NCBI GenBank assembly: GCA_044868695.1
Contig: JBIOWP010000105.1
Span: 1-64,000, forward strand
DNA length: 64,000 nt
Direction of reading: 5' to 3'
DNA from: a bacterium
GTDB lineage: Bacteria; Sysuimicrobiota; Sysuimicrobiia; Sysuimicrobiales; Kaftiobacteriaceae
Positions 50,879-61,135 of this stretch are shown here, piece after piece; within the stretch, counting starts at the first letter, position 1; every line of letters begins with the position of its first letter. The notes beneath the pieces were generated by a model that did not search any database, was not told where the DNA came from, and worked only from the letters and a program-made list of their open reading frames with translations. A program made the translations under genes and the position numbers.

Positions 50879-51454
50879 CTACTCCGGAGCCGGATGAGAA
50901 AATTGCAGGATGTGTTCTCGCAATTGCATGAAACCCGGGTCTCCGAGGTACCCGCCTGACACGCGCCCACGGATCACCAGCTCCCCGTCGATGAAGAAAG
51001 TTGTGGGGAGTCCGGTCACCTGGTAGTGGGCGATCCGCGTCTGCTCCGGGTCGAAGACGTTGGGATAGGTAATCCCCAGCGTCTTGAGAAACGCCGCCGC
51101 CTCGTCGTAATCGTCTGCCACGTTGATGCCCAGGATCACGACGCGCTGATTCCGAAGCTCCCGCCACGCCCGCTCCAGGACCGGCATCTCTTCCCGGCAC
51201 GGCACGCACCAGGACGCCCAGAAGTTCAGCACAACGACCTTCCCCCGAAAGTCTGACAGCGAAACCGGTGGGCCGGCAAATGCCCGCAGCCGGAACTCCG
51301 GCGCCGGGCGCGGACGCTGTATAAGGGGCGCCTGCCGCACCACTGTAGTTGGCGGGGCGGGCCGAGGCAGTTGGACCGCCAGAACCACGATACCCACTAC
51401 AGCCGCAGCGACAGCACCCCAGAGGATGAGGATCCAGCGTCGCTTCCCAATCAT
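50879..51454 (-). CDS. TlpA/ResA-like membrane-anchored thiol-disulfide oxidoreductase
   Basis: N-terminal TM helix; LNFWASWCVPCREE and GLPTTFFID. Confidence 0.92.
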   Translation of the reverse strand: MIGKRRWILILWGAVAAAVVGIVVLAVQLPRPAPPTTVVRQAPLIQRPRPAPEFRLRAFAGPPVSLSDFRGKVVVLNFWASWCVPCREEMPVLERAWRELRNQRVVILGINVADDYDEAAAFLKTLGITYPNVFDPEQTRIAHYQVTGLPTTFFIDGELVIRGRVSGGYLGDPGFMQLREHILQFSHPAPE

Positions 51455-51540
51455 CGCGTTTCCACTATACGCTACCGGAAAATACCGTGCACGCCGGATG
51501 GCTGGGGACAGCGGCTCGCCCTATCGTAAAGGAGTCAACC

Positions 51541-52854
51541 ATGCCGGAAGACGTGCACCTAAACACACGCGATGCCCATCGCTCCGGGCCCGCGTGGCTC
51601 TCGGCCGGGCCGGAGGTGCTGGAAGAACGCAGCCCGCGGCGGGGAGTGGCGCGACTGCTGCCGTTCCTCGGGCCGGCGTTTGTTGCCAGCGTTGCCTACA
51701 TTGATCCCGGCAATTTCGCCACCAACATCGCCGCCGGCGCGCAGTTTGGTTACCTTCTGTTATGGGTCGTGCTGGCCAGCAATCTCACGGCGATGCTCGT
51801 GCAGGCCCTGTCCGCTAAGCTGGGAATCGCGACCGGCCGGAACCTGGCCGAACTGTGCCGCGACCGCTTTCAGCGTCCGGTAGTCTGGGGGATGTGGGTC
51901 GCGGGTGAGCTGGTGGCCATGGCCACAGACCTGGCCGAATTTCTCGGCGCCGCGCTCGGCCTGACCCTCCTGTTCCATTTCCCGCTGTTTGTCTCAGCTT
52001 TGCTCGCCGGCGCCGTCACTCTGCTCATCCTGGCACTGGAGCGGCGCGGGTTCCGGCCGATCGAAGCCGTCATCACCGGATTTGTCGGTGTCATCGCAGT
52101 CTCGTACGTCATTGAGACCATTCTTGATCGACCGGACTGGCACGCCGTGGCCGTGGGAGCACTGGCGCCACGGTTTGCGGGAACAGAAAGCGTGCTGCTC
52201 GCGACCGGGATCCTGGGAGCCACGGTCATGCCCCACGTGATCTTCCTCCACTCGGCGTTGATGCAACGTCGCATTGTGCCGCGCACTGAGGCCCAGGCCC
52301 ACCGTCTCTACCGCTTTGAGGTCACCGACGTCGTGCTGGCCATGGGGCTGGCCGGAGTGGTAAACGCGGCGATGCTCATCATGGCCGCGTCCACGTTCCA
52401 CGCGCGTGCGCTGACCCACATCGCCACCATCGACGAGGCGCACCGGACGCTGGCGCCGCTGCTGGGGCCGGCTTCCAGCACCATCTTTGCCATTGCGCTC
52501 CTCGCATCCGGTCTGTCGTCATCCACGGTAGGCACGATGGCCGGGCAGGTCATCATGCAGGGATTCTTGCACCGGACGATTCCGATCTGGATCCGCCGGC
52601 TGGTGACGATGGTGCCGGCCCTGGTCGTCATCGGAGTGGGATTGGACCCGACGCGGACGCTGGTGACCAGCCAGGTCGTCCTCAGCTTCGGCCTGCCTTT
52701 CGCGCTCGTGCCGCTGGTGCACTTCACCGCCCGCCGGGATGTGATGGGTGGTCTGGCGAATCACCGCGTGACGACCGTCCTGGCCTCGGGCGTCACCGCC
52801 GTGATTATTGCGTTGAACCTAGTCCTGGTCTACCGGATGCTCACCGGAGGATAA
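51541..52854 (+). CDS. mntH: Nramp-family Mn2+/Fe2+ transporter
   Basis: AYIDPGN, GATVMPH and SSSTVGTMAGQ. Confidence 0.95.
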   Translation: MPEDVHLNTRDAHRSGPAWLSAGPEVLEERSPRRGVARLLPFLGPAFVASVAYIDPGNFATNIAAGAQFGYLLLWVVLASNLTAMLVQALSAKLGIATGRNLAELCRDRFQRPVVWGMWVAGELVAMATDLAEFLGAALGLTLLFHFPLFVSALLAGAVTLLILALERRGFRPIEAVITGFVGVIAVSYVIETILDRPDWHAVAVGALAPRFAGTESVLLATGILGATVMPHVIFLHSALMQRRIVPRTEAQAHRLYRFEVTDVVLAMGLAGVVNAAMLIMAASTFHARALTHIATIDEAHRTLAPLLGPASSTIFAIALLASGLSSSTVGTMAGQVIMQGFLHRTIPIWIRRLVTMVPALVVIGVGLDPTRTLVTSQVVLSFGLPFALVPLVHFTARRDVMGGLANHRVTTVLASGVTAVIIALNLVLVYRMLTGG

Positions 52855-52856
52855 TC

Positions 52857-53795
52857 GTGTTCCGTCACCTGCTGGTCCCGCTCGATGGCTCGCGTTTGGC
52901 CGAGTCGGCACTCCCGGCCGCGGCCGACCTGGCGCGGCGCCTGGGTGCATCAGTGACCCTGCTGCACGTCCTGGAGCCGGATGCTCCGCCGGCCGTACAC
53001 GGCGACCGTCATCTCCGGTCACCGGCAGAGGCGGATGGCTATCTCGCCGGCGCGGTAGACTGGTTGACCGCCCGTCAGGTTTCCGCGGAGGTCGCCCTCA
53101 ACCAGCAGCAGGGCGATGTGGCCGCGAGCATCGCCCGGATCGGGAGCGCCGTGGGGGCCGACTTGATCGCGCTCACGACGCACGGGCGAAGCGGTGTGCG
53201 TGGACTCCTGTTTGGCCGTGTGGCGCAGCAGGTACTGCAGCGGGGGAGGATCCCCGTGCTCTTGATCCGGCCGTCCGCCTCCGGCCGTGACGCCTCGTTT
53301 GCATGCCGGCGGATGCTGGTGGCTCTAGACGGCAGCGACACGGCCGAATACGCCCTTGCACCTGCGGCCGCGCTGGCCGCCGCCTGCGGGGCGGAGATCG
53401 TGCTGATGCGGGTTGTGCCGACGGTGGAAACCCTCTCTGGAGATCAGGCAGCCGCGGCGCGGCTGCTCCCCACAACCGCGGCGGCAGTGCTGGAGGTCGA
53501 AGCCTCCGAGGCAGCGAGCTACCTGGAACGTCTCGCCGGCGGAATGCGCCGCGAGGGGAGGACGGTGACTACGGTCATCGGCCGGGGGGACCCGGTCCGG
53601 GTCCTGGTCGACGCCGCAGAACGCCGCGAGATTGACCTGCTGATCGTGGCAACGCACGGACGATCCGGCGTCAGCGCCGTTTGGGCCGGTAGTATCGCCT
53701 CGCGCCTGGTAGAAACAGGTAGGACACCGGTCCTGCTAATCCGGATTCCGCGCGCGGTCGGGTCCACGCCCGATACGATTCATCTACCCGCCTGA
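52857..53795 (+). CDS. Tandem-domain universal stress protein
   Basis: Two domains of pattern LVPLDGS...THGRSG...P-VLLIR. Confidence 0.92.
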   Translation: MFRHLLVPLDGSRLAESALPAAADLARRLGASVTLLHVLEPDAPPAVHGDRHLRSPAEADGYLAGAVDWLTARQVSAEVALNQQQGDVAASIARIGSAVGADLIALTTHGRSGVRGLLFGRVAQQVLQRGRIPVLLIRPSASGRDASFACRRMLVALDGSDTAEYALAPAAALAAACGAEIVLMRVVPTVETLSGDQAAAARLLPTTAAAVLEVEASEAASYLERLAGGMRREGRTVTTVIGRGDPVRVLVDAAERREIDLLIVATHGRSGVSAVWAGSIASRLVETGRTPVLLIRIPRAVGSTPDTIHLPA

Positions 53796-53938
53796 TGCTG
53801 GCCCACAGCTCTGGCAATGGGACCGGTAACAAATAGAAGGAGGAGCACCGGATCTACCGGAGAGAAGTTCGGGAAGGCACGATGTCCTCCGCAGCGGATC
53901 GAGTCCTCCTGTCTCACACTGCGCGAATCCGCGGAAGG

Positions 53939-53959
53939 CGGGCATCGGTTCGATGCCCG
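53939..53959. terminator. Hairpin between convergent USP genes
   Basis: CGGGCATCG-GTT-CGATGCCCG; no U tract. Confidence 0.4.
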
Positions 53960-53993
53960 ATTCGATTGGGGCGGATGGAAGGCCTACGGGGTT

Positions 53994-54467
53994 CTAGGTG
54001 TCGCTCTGTCTGACCGTCAGCACGGGGATGCGGCTATGGCGGACGACGTACTCTGCGACGCTGCCGAAGAAGATGGCGGCCAGACCTGTGCGGCCATGCG
54101 TGCCCATCACGATGAGGTCGGTGCCGCCTTCCTTCGCCACGTCGAGGATCGTCGTGCGCGGGGTGCCTTCGCGAATCATGGTTTTCGCCTGCGGGTGGCG
54201 CGCTGCGAGCTTAGCTATCCCCTCGTGTGCTTCGGCGCGCAGGGCGTCCACCAGCTGTCCAAACGCGGTCGCCGCAGCCATGCCCGTGGGCAGGCTGGCG
54301 GCACCGGCCAGCCCGAGGTCGACCACGTGCAGGATCACGATCTCGGCGCCGTATGCGTCGCGCAGGCTCACCGCCCACCTCAGCGCCGATTCCGCGCTGG
54401 GGGAGAAGTCTGTGGGAGCCAGGATCCGCTTTACCCGCGGAAGAGTTTCACGCTGTGCTGCACTCAT
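53994..54467 (-). CDS. Universal stress protein
   Basis: ILAPTDFS and DLIVMGTHGRTG...GSVAE. Confidence 0.92.
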   Translation of the reverse strand: MSAAQRETLPRVKRILAPTDFSPSAESALRWAVSLRDAYGAEIVILHVVDLGLAGAASLPTGMAAATAFGQLVDALRAEAHEGIAKLAARHPQAKTMIREGTPRTTILDVAKEGGTDLIVMGTHGRTGLAAIFFGSVAEYVVRHSRIPVLTVRQSDT

Positions 54468-54471
54468 TTCC

Positions 54472-55638
54472 TCACCTCGCCTCCGGCGTAGGAACTCTGC
54501 GGTTCCGGGTTGCCCGCCACAGGGCCAGCCAGATGGCCCCGAGACCCGAGAGGACGGCCAGCAGCCGGAACACCCACCCGACAAATGGAAGTGCGTACAG
54601 GATCACCAACGCGGTTATGCCCGCGACGAGAGCCCAGGAGGTGGAGGTCGTGGCCCCACGGCGGATCGCACCCAAGACGCGTTCCCCCAGCCAGGTGGCG
54701 GCGAAGAGCTGTCCGGGATACAGCGTCAGCAACCACAGGAGGGTCACCGCCGCTGCGAGGGGGATGCCAACTACAGAGATCAACAGCGCGAGAATGGCGA
54801 CAGGCGCGGCGACGAGGACCAGGAACCCTGCCAGCAGACTCGCCCCGAACCGGGCGCGGATCTCGCCGACGACGTTTCTCGGCACCGCCGGCAGCAGCGC
54901 GAACCCGACCAGCCCCAATGTGAGCAGCCACACCCATTCCCCCGCGCGCCAGACCCAGCTGACACGTCCCCGCCACGGCGCGACGCTCCGCGCGCGCGGC
55001 CGCGCCATCGAAGGAACACGCTCCACCCCGCCGGAGACCTGGGCTCCGGCCTGAATCTCCGCCGCCCGATCCCCAGCGTAGCGGAGGCGTCCCGCAATGC
55101 GCGCCGTGGGGAGGACCACCAGTTGGTCCGCCTGCACCTCAACGGATCCCTGGATGGTGCCTCCGATAACGACGCTGCCCCCGCCGACGTACACGTCCCG
55201 TCCAACCGCGCCCCCAATCCTGACGTTGCCGGCCCCAACCACGAGATCGCGACCGATCCGGGCGGCCTCGGCAACCGTCACGGTCCCCCCGGCCAGCACC
55301 GCGTCGGTGCCTGCCGCGCTGTCGACCCGTACGGTTCCACCGGCCGCACGGATGCTGCGGCCGACGCGGCCGCCGACTTCGACGTTCCCTCCGGCAGCCA
55401 GGACGGCCCCGCTGACTTGGCCGCTGAGGACCACCGTGCCTCCCGCCGCGGAGACGTCGCCGTCGACGGCACCTGTCACCGTGACCGTGCCTCCCGCGAT
55501 GTAGAGGTCGTCCTGAATCGTCTCAGAGAATGTGACCGTTTCTCCGGCCCGCGGGACGAATGCGGAGACGGGCCACGGCAGCGAGAAGAGAAGAACCAGT
55601 GCGACGATGCCAGCCTTGCGCATGCGGACGTTCATCAT
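54472..55638 (-). CDS. Membrane protein with bactofilin-like (polymer-forming) beta-helical repeats
   Basis: Signal peptide, repeated xxAAGGxVxVxGxVxxD units, then about 5 TM helices. Confidence 0.82.
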   Translation of the reverse strand: MMNVRMRKAGIVALVLLFSLPWPVSAFVPRAGETVTFSETIQDDLYIAGGTVTVTGAVDGDVSAAGGTVVLSGQVSGAVLAAGGNVEVGGRVGRSIRAAGGTVRVDSAAGTDAVLAGGTVTVAEAARIGRDLVVGAGNVRIGGAVGRDVYVGGGSVVIGGTIQGSVEVQADQLVVLPTARIAGRLRYAGDRAAEIQAGAQVSGGVERVPSMARPRARSVAPWRGRVSWVWRAGEWVWLLTLGLVGFALLPAVPRNVVGEIRARFGASLLAGFLVLVAAPVAILALLISVVGIPLAAAVTLLWLLTLYPGQLFAATWLGERVLGAIRRGATTSTSWALVAGITALVILYALPFVGWVFRLLAVLSGLGAIWLALWRATRNRRVPTPEAR

Positions 55639-55643
55639 TTAGA

Positions 55644-56525
55644 TCATCCTCTCGCGGCGATTCGAAACCACGTGTGGCGGCGGCCGCGGACCGCTATGGA
55701 TAGCGCCTGGATGTTCTCGGGAACGGCGACGCCCGCGTACCCCGCGTCGCCGATGTGGTGCACGTCGGCTCCGGCCTGCTTGCTCCACAACGCGATCTGC
55801 TCGACCACCCGCTTACTCGCGCCTTCCTGCGACGTCCCAATGGCCGACACCACGAGCAGGCCGATCCCGTGCGCCGTTTCCGACAGCGCGGCCGCCACGT
55901 CGACCGTCATGCCAGGGACGGTGCCCGGTGCAGGGATCAACACCCCGTGCACGCCTCCGCCGGCGAGTGCCGTCAGGTCCTCTGTCGAAAGGGGCGGCTC
56001 CGCCACGCCCGCGGCGTGCATCTTTCCGGCAAAGACCAGGACATCGTCCGCGGTGGCCCGAGCGACGTCCAGCGCCCGCGCCACTAGGGTCGCCTGCTGC
56101 GCCCCGGTGTGCGGATTCGCGGTGACGACGATGAACCGCGCCCCCAAATCCCTCGCACGTTTCGCGTTATCCGCCGTAGCCAGCCGCCCCTGCGCGACCG
56201 TGGATGGAGCCGCGTCAAGAGGTTCCAGGTTGCAGCCGACCGGCCGGCCGAGTACCCTCGCCAGGTCCTCCAGCGTCCCCGGCGCGCCGCTCACCGCCGG
56301 CGCGTTGACATCGTACATGTTCAGCAGGAGCAGATCCGCCCCAGCGCCGGCGGCCAGGGCTGCGTTGGAGAGACCCGGGATGAGCGGTGACGCGCCGGCG
56401 ATCACCTCAGCCATCACCGTCCGCCCCTCGCTGCTCCGGATGCTGTCGAGGAGCCCGCGGCTGCGCAGTTGGGCCAGTTGCTCCGGTGTCGCGTCAAGCA
56501 GGCGCCTCAGGGGCGGTCCACCCAT
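55644..56525 (-). CDS. Uncharacterised PTS-associated TIM-barrel-like protein
   Basis: IRSSEGRTV, GADLLLLN, GCNLEP, ANPHTG, AGKMHAAG, PAPGTVPG, IGTSQEGA, HHIGDAG and RGRRHT. Confidence 0.75.
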   Translation of the reverse strand: MGGPPLRRLLDATPEQLAQLRSRGLLDSIRSSEGRTVMAEVIAGASPLIPGLSNAALAAGAGADLLLLNMYDVNAPAVSGAPGTLEDLARVLGRPVGCNLEPLDAAPSTVAQGRLATADNAKRARDLGARFIVVTANPHTGAQQATLVARALDVARATADDVLVFAGKMHAAGVAEPPLSTEDLTALAGGGVHGVLIPAPGTVPGMTVDVAAALSETAHGIGLLVVSAIGTSQEGASKRVVEQIALWSKQAGADVHHIGDAGYAGVAVPENIQALSIAVRGRRHTWFRIAARG

Positions 56526-56974
56526 CCCAGTACCTCGCCGGCCTGCACTCGTGATGCTTCGACGAACGTCAACCCTGCGCCCTTCGGAACAGCAGGAACG
56601 ACGATTGGCGAGATGAGGCGGTACCCTTCGCGCCGGATGACCTCGCGGTCAAACCGGATGACGATCTCGCCGGCCGACACCTGGTCCCCGCGCGTGCGCA
56701 CGATCGAAAACCCGCGTCCCTTGAGACGGACAGTATCGAGCCCAAGATGGACCAGGATCTCCAGGCCGTCGCTCGTCTGCACGGCGAAGGCATGCCCCGC
56801 GCTGTGCAGGACGGCGAGCACCCCATCGACCGGCGCCACTGCCGTGTCACCGTCGGGCTCGATCGCGACCCCGGGTCCCATCATCCCGCCGCTGAACACG
56901 GGATCCGGGACGGCGGTGAGCGAGAGTAGCTGCCCGGACAGCGGGGCGAGGATCGGGCGCCGGCCGGCGGTCAC
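56507..56974 (-). CDS. PTS glucose-family EIIA component
   Basis: VPDPVFSGGMMGPGVAIEP, HAFA and LVHLGLDTV. Confidence 0.92.
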   Translation of the reverse strand: MTAGRRPILAPLSGQLLSLTAVPDPVFSGGMMGPGVAIEPDGDTAVAPVDGVLAVLHSAGHAFAVQTSDGLEILVHLGLDTVRLKGRGFSIVRTRGDQVSAGEIVIRFDREVIRREGYRLISPIVVPAVPKGAGLTFVEASRVQAGEVLGWVDRP

Positions 56975-57213
56975 GCGGGCTTCAGGATCTTGTGAATCTC
57001 CTGCGCGATCAACTCGGCGTGCGTTCCGACGACGACCTGGATACCGGTCCCGATCTTCAAGACGCCGATGGCGCCGGCAGCCCGCAGGCGGGGCTCATTC
57101 ACTTTCGCGGGATCCACCACGGTGACGCGAAGCCGCGTCACGCACCCGTCCAATTCTTTAATATTCTGCGGGCCGCCGAGCGCCTCGATGATCAGCTGCG
57201 CCTTCTGCTGCAC
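56971..57213 (-). CDS. PTS glucose-family EIIB component
   Basis: ALGGPQNIKELDGCVTRLR. Confidence 0.92.
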   Translation of the reverse strand: MQQKAQLIIEALGGPQNIKELDGCVTRLRVTVVDPAKVNEPRLRAAGAIGVLKIGTGIQVVVGTHAELIAQEIHKILKPA

Positions 57214-57231
57214 GCCGCCCCTCCTGCCGGA

Positions 57232-58356
57232 TCAGCGGCCTTCGGTCATGGGTTCGCGTCCGGGCGTCGGCAGGTTCTGCCGGACGATGAGCCACCGGAA
57301 CAGGAAGTAGTACACCGCGCCAAAGACCGCTCCGACGGGAATCAGCAGCAACGGCTTTGTGGCAATGCCGTAGTTGAGGAGGTAATCGATGAAACCGGCC
57401 GAGAAGCCGAACCCGTGCCGGATTCCCATCGCCACCGTTACATACGCGGACACGCCGGCCAGCACCGCGTGCAGCACGTACAGCACAGGCGCCAGGAACA
57501 TGAAGGCGAACTCCACCGGCTCGGTGATGCCGGTGACAAATGAGGTCAGGGCGGCGCTCCACAGGACGCCGGCGGCCACTTTGCGGCCGGGGCCTTTGGC
57601 CGTTTGCCACATCGCCAGACAGACCGCGGGAAGCCCAAACATCATGACCGGATAGAACCCCGTCATGAAGATGCCGGCCGATTTGTCGCCGGCAAAGAAG
57701 CGATTGAGATCGCCCAGGACCTCCTTGCCGGTGCTGGGATCGACGAAGGCCGTGGGGCCGGACAGCTGGAACCACACCAGCGCGTTGATCACGTGATGCA
57801 GGCCAAACGGGATGAGCAGCCGGTTGAGAAACGCGTGGACGGCCGCGCCCATCGGCCCTGCGCCCACCGCCCACCGTCCGGCGGCTCCAATGACCCCCTG
57901 AATGGGAGGCCAGATGAAGCCGAAGACCAGACCGAAGGCCACCGCCACGAACGCGGTCACGATGGGGACAAACCGGCGGCCGCCGAAGAACGCCAGCCAC
58001 TCCGGCAGGACGATCGAGTGGTATCTCCCGTACAGGTAGGCGGCCGTCAGGCCCATGAGAATGCCAGACAGCACGCCCATGTTGATGTCCTTGTTGATGT
58101 CGGCCAGGACGGCGGTCATGACCCAGTAGCCCACGGCACCGGCCATGCCGGCCACCCCGATATCACCGGTGAATCCGATTGCCACGCCGATGGCGAAGAG
58201 CAATGGAAGATTGCCGAAGATTGCGCCACCGGCGTCGGCCAGCCACTTGACGTTGAGCAGGTCAGGCTGGCCAAACCGCAGGAGGATGGCCGCGGCGGGC
58301 ATGACCGCGATGGGCACCATCAGCGAGCGTCCGATCTTTTGAAGCGTGGCGAACAT
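57232..58356 (-). CDS. PTS EIIC component, NagE (GlcNAc)-like
   Basis: LQKIGRSLMVPIAVMP, FFGGRRFVPI, FGLHHV, TGITEPVEF and TPGRE. Confidence 0.92.
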   Translation of the reverse strand: MFATLQKIGRSLMVPIAVMPAAAILLRFGQPDLLNVKWLADAGGAIFGNLPLLFAIGVAIGFTGDIGVAGMAGAVGYWVMTAVLADINKDINMGVLSGILMGLTAAYLYGRYHSIVLPEWLAFFGGRRFVPIVTAFVAVAFGLVFGFIWPPIQGVIGAAGRWAVGAGPMGAAVHAFLNRLLIPFGLHHVINALVWFQLSGPTAFVDPSTGKEVLGDLNRFFAGDKSAGIFMTGFYPVMMFGLPAVCLAMWQTAKGPGRKVAAGVLWSAALTSFVTGITEPVEFAFMFLAPVLYVLHAVLAGVSAYVTVAMGIRHGFGFSAGFIDYLLNYGIATKPLLLIPVGAVFGAVYYFLFRWLIVRQNLPTPGREPMTEGR

Positions 58357-58408
58357 CGCATCGCCTCCTCATGAAGGAGTATCATCTCCCAACCTCTTCG
58401 CGCGGTCC

Positions 58409-59692
58409 TCACCTCCTTCCGGGATATGGAATGATCTGGGGCCGGCGGACGAGCTGCGCGAGCGTTGCACGCGCCGCCGCCGCGGTCAACGGCAAGAGGA
58501 GCGGATCGAGGGGCCGGGACAGCCGCATGATGAACGGCAGGTCGTTCAGCAGCGCGCGAAGCCGCACCGGGGCTCCACGGAGGCGGGCGACGCGGGAGAA
58601 GCCACGGTATGGCGCGCCGGCATCGTCTCCGATGAATACCAGCGCCGCCTGGTCGCTGCCGGCCCGCTGCTCCTGCTGCGTGCGCCCCACGACTAAGGTC
58701 GTTTCCCTGGCGCCCGCAAAACCCCCTGCACGCTCGATTACCTGCAATGCGACGGTTAGAATTCCTGCACTACCTGCGGGGGTCGCTCCATCGCCAACGA
58801 CCACCCGTATGCTCCCCGGCGGCGTCATCCCGTCAGGGCGGTCGGGAGGGAGGGTGAATCCGGTACCGCGCCGCCGCACTGCCTCCAGCGTCATGGTGCC
58901 CTGAAAGCTCAGCGCGTCGACGGCCGCCGGCCCCTGGCCGCGGCGTGCGCCCGCGTGCAGATACAGGAGCTGTTCTGAAGGAACCCCCACGGCCTCGGCC
59001 GCGGCGCGATCCACTGCGAAGACGTTCGCTCCGGCAAAGATCACTCCCATAGGTTTCGGACGACAGGTCAGCTCATTGCCATCATGGCCGGCCTCGATTG
59101 CATCCACCAGGATGAGATGGGGTGGGGCGACTTCCATCACGTCTGCGACGCGTTCGGCGCTCCTTTCAGCCGTGTCTGCGCGTTGTTGCTCGGGGAGCAC
59201 GGACAGCAGCGTCCGGCCGCCGAGGTTGAGCCGCGGGAACACGGCCGGCTTCAGGCGGGTGACCACGATCCGGACGGCGGCGTCGAGATACGCGACGGGG
59301 AGATGCAGTGTGGCGCCGGATGACGGCACTGTCACCGCATAATAGTTCGTGTCCTCGAGAGGGAGTAGCCGCGCGCCCGACCTTGCCACCGCCCCATATC
59401 CCGCCCGCCGCAGCGTGAAGCGGGTCGGAAAGCCGGGCAGGCTGCGTGCGGCCACGGTCAGCTCTCGAGAAGGAAGCGTCGCGAGGAGACCCTGGAGGAA
59501 ACGCGGATCGACGCTGGCGAGCGGCGCGAGGCGGGAGTCAGCGAAGGGCGCGTCCACCAAGACGCAGACCGCGTTTGCCGCGCGTCCGATCGAATCGCGG
59601 ACGACGGGCTGCAACACGGCGGCGATCCGCTGCACGTCATAGGTGTCACAGGCCGCGATCCAGACCGGCTGCACGCCCAACTGCTTCGACAT
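58409..59692 (-). CDS. DUF362-like protein with degenerate motifs
   Basis: CDTYD N-terminus, VDPRF, LILVDAI and GANVFAVD; the usual KPN motif is not present. Confidence 0.6.
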   Translation of the reverse strand: MSKQLGVQPVWIAACDTYDVQRIAAVLQPVVRDSIGRAANAVCVLVDAPFADSRLAPLASVDPRFLQGLLATLPSRELTVAARSLPGFPTRFTLRRAGYGAVARSGARLLPLEDTNYYAVTVPSSGATLHLPVAYLDAAVRIVVTRLKPAVFPRLNLGGRTLLSVLPEQQRADTAERSAERVADVMEVAPPHLILVDAIEAGHDGNELTCRPKPMGVIFAGANVFAVDRAAAEAVGVPSEQLLYLHAGARRGQGPAAVDALSFQGTMTLEAVRRRGTGFTLPPDRPDGMTPPGSIRVVVGDGATPAGSAGILTVALQVIERAGGFAGARETTLVVGRTQQEQRAGSDQAALVFIGDDAGAPYRGFSRVARLRGAPVRLRALLNDLPFIMRLSRPLDPLLLPLTAAAARATLAQLVRRPQIIPYPGRR

Positions 59693-59878
59693 CGCGACCT
59701 ACGTGCCCGCTGAGCGGTCTGGAGGACCTCCAGCAACGGGCACAGCAGCCGGTTGGCAAGCTGGATTCAGTATGTCAGGCGGCCAACCGACGCGGGAATT
59801 CCGGTCTAGAACCGATGGTTGACCCTGGTAAGGGGGCGTATCTTGGGAATCGAAGGGGTTCACAATGGGAGGAAACCG

Positions 59879-60349
59879 ATGAGAGACCAGACGACGCGAC
59901 GGGTGTTGGTGGCAACTGATCTTTCCGACCAATCACCCGCGCTGATAGCCGCGGGAGCGGATGCCGCCCAGAAACTTGGCGCGGAGGTGATTGTTCTGCA
60001 CGTGTTCGATCCGGAAACCTACGAGAGGATTTTCGGTGAGACCGGAATGCCGGTTGACCAGTACACCGGCTACCTTCGGGCAGAGCTGCAGGATCAGCTC
60101 AAGGCCGCAGGGGTGGGAACCGCGCGGCTGGAGATCATCGAGGGCCGCTCTATCGCATTGGCCATCCTCTCCACCGCAGCCCGCATGCGTGCCGACCTCA
60201 TTGTGATCGGGATGCGCAGGGGGAAGGGGCTGGGCCGGACGCTGGGAGGCGGGATAGCCGAGGAGGTGCTCCGCCGCGCCCGCACGGGCGTCCTCGTCAT
60301 GCCCCGAGCCGCGCTGGACGTGATGGAGCCGGTCGCGGTGGCGTCCTGA
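59879..60349 (+). CDS. Universal stress protein
   Basis: VLVATDLS and ADLIVIG...GGIAEEVLRRA. Confidence 0.9.
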   Translation: MRDQTTRRVLVATDLSDQSPALIAAGADAAQKLGAEVIVLHVFDPETYERIFGETGMPVDQYTGYLRAELQDQLKAAGVGTARLEIIEGRSIALAILSTAARMRADLIVIGMRRGKGLGRTLGGGIAEEVLRRARTGVLVMPRAALDVMEPVAVAS

Positions 60350-60398
60350 GAGGGAAGCGGGTGCTGGGAGCTGACGTTGTTAAGGGTGGGAGGGGTCA

Positions 60399-61067
60399 GT
60401 GAGGATAACAGAGCTGGCAGGACATCTTGAGCATGCTGTGTTGAGCCCGCAGGCGAGTGTGACCGATGTCGAAGAAGGGGCGCGCATCGCGCTGCGCTGG
60501 GGGGTCCGGGCGCTGGTGGTCAAACCCTGTCATCTGCAGGTGGCCGTACGCCTGCTGGCCGGCAGCGGCGTGAAGGTCGTGACGGTCATCGGATTCCCTC
60601 ATGGAGGGCAAACGACGGAGACCAAGGTGCTTGAGACGCGGCAGGCCGTTGCGGGGGGCGCGGAGGAAGTCGACATGGTGATCAACCTCGGCGCGCTGCG
60701 GCAGGGACAGACGGCGGCGGTGTTCTATGAGATCCGGGCCGTTGTGGAAGCTGCGGCCGGACGGCCGGTCAAAGTGATTCTTGAGAACGCCTACCTCACC
60801 GACACGCAGAAGCGGCTGGCCTGCCGGCTCGCGGCACACGCCGGCGCTGCCTACGTGAAGACGAGCACCGGATTTGCACCCCGCGGGGCGACGGCGGCGG
60901 ACGTCGCGCTCATGCGGCGCACCGGTCGCCGCGCGGTGGGCGTGAAAGCAGCTGGCGGCATCCGGACGTACGCGGACGCCATCGCGCTGCTTCAGGCCGG
61001 CGCCGACCTGCTGGGTACCAGCGCCACCGACGCGATCCTCAGTGAGGCCGTTGGTGAGGCCGCCTGA
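60399..61067 (+). CDS. deoC: Deoxyribose-phosphate aldolase
   Basis: VIGFPHG, EVDMVIN, KVILE, VKTSTGF and VKAAGGIR. Confidence 0.95.
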   Translation: MRITELAGHLEHAVLSPQASVTDVEEGARIALRWGVRALVVKPCHLQVAVRLLAGSGVKVVTVIGFPHGGQTTETKVLETRQAVAGGAEEVDMVINLGALRQGQTAAVFYEIRAVVEAAAGRPVKVILENAYLTDTQKRLACRLAAHAGAAYVKTSTGFAPRGATAADVALMRRTGRRAVGVKAAGGIRTYADAIALLQAGADLLGTSATDAILSEAVGEAA

Positions 61068-61080
61068 TAACTGAAACTGC

Positions 61081-61115
61081 GGGACCAGGGATCGGGGACC
61101 CGGGACCAGAGACCG
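61081..61115. repeat. GGGACCA heptamer array, single arm
   Basis: GGGACCA GGGATCG GGGACCC GGGACCA GAGACCG. Confidence 0.75.
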
Positions 61116-61135
61116 CACAACGGCCGAGGAGGCGC

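Noticed and set aside
53800..53993. Strong AAGGAGGA RBS-like sequence in the gap between the USP genes
   Set aside because: No start codon at a suitable spacing and no recognisable product.
53998..56616. 872-aa ORF on the plus strand
   Set aside because: Antisense shadow of three recognisable minus-strand genes; low-complexity Arg/Pro/Ala/Ser translation typical of high-GC DNA.
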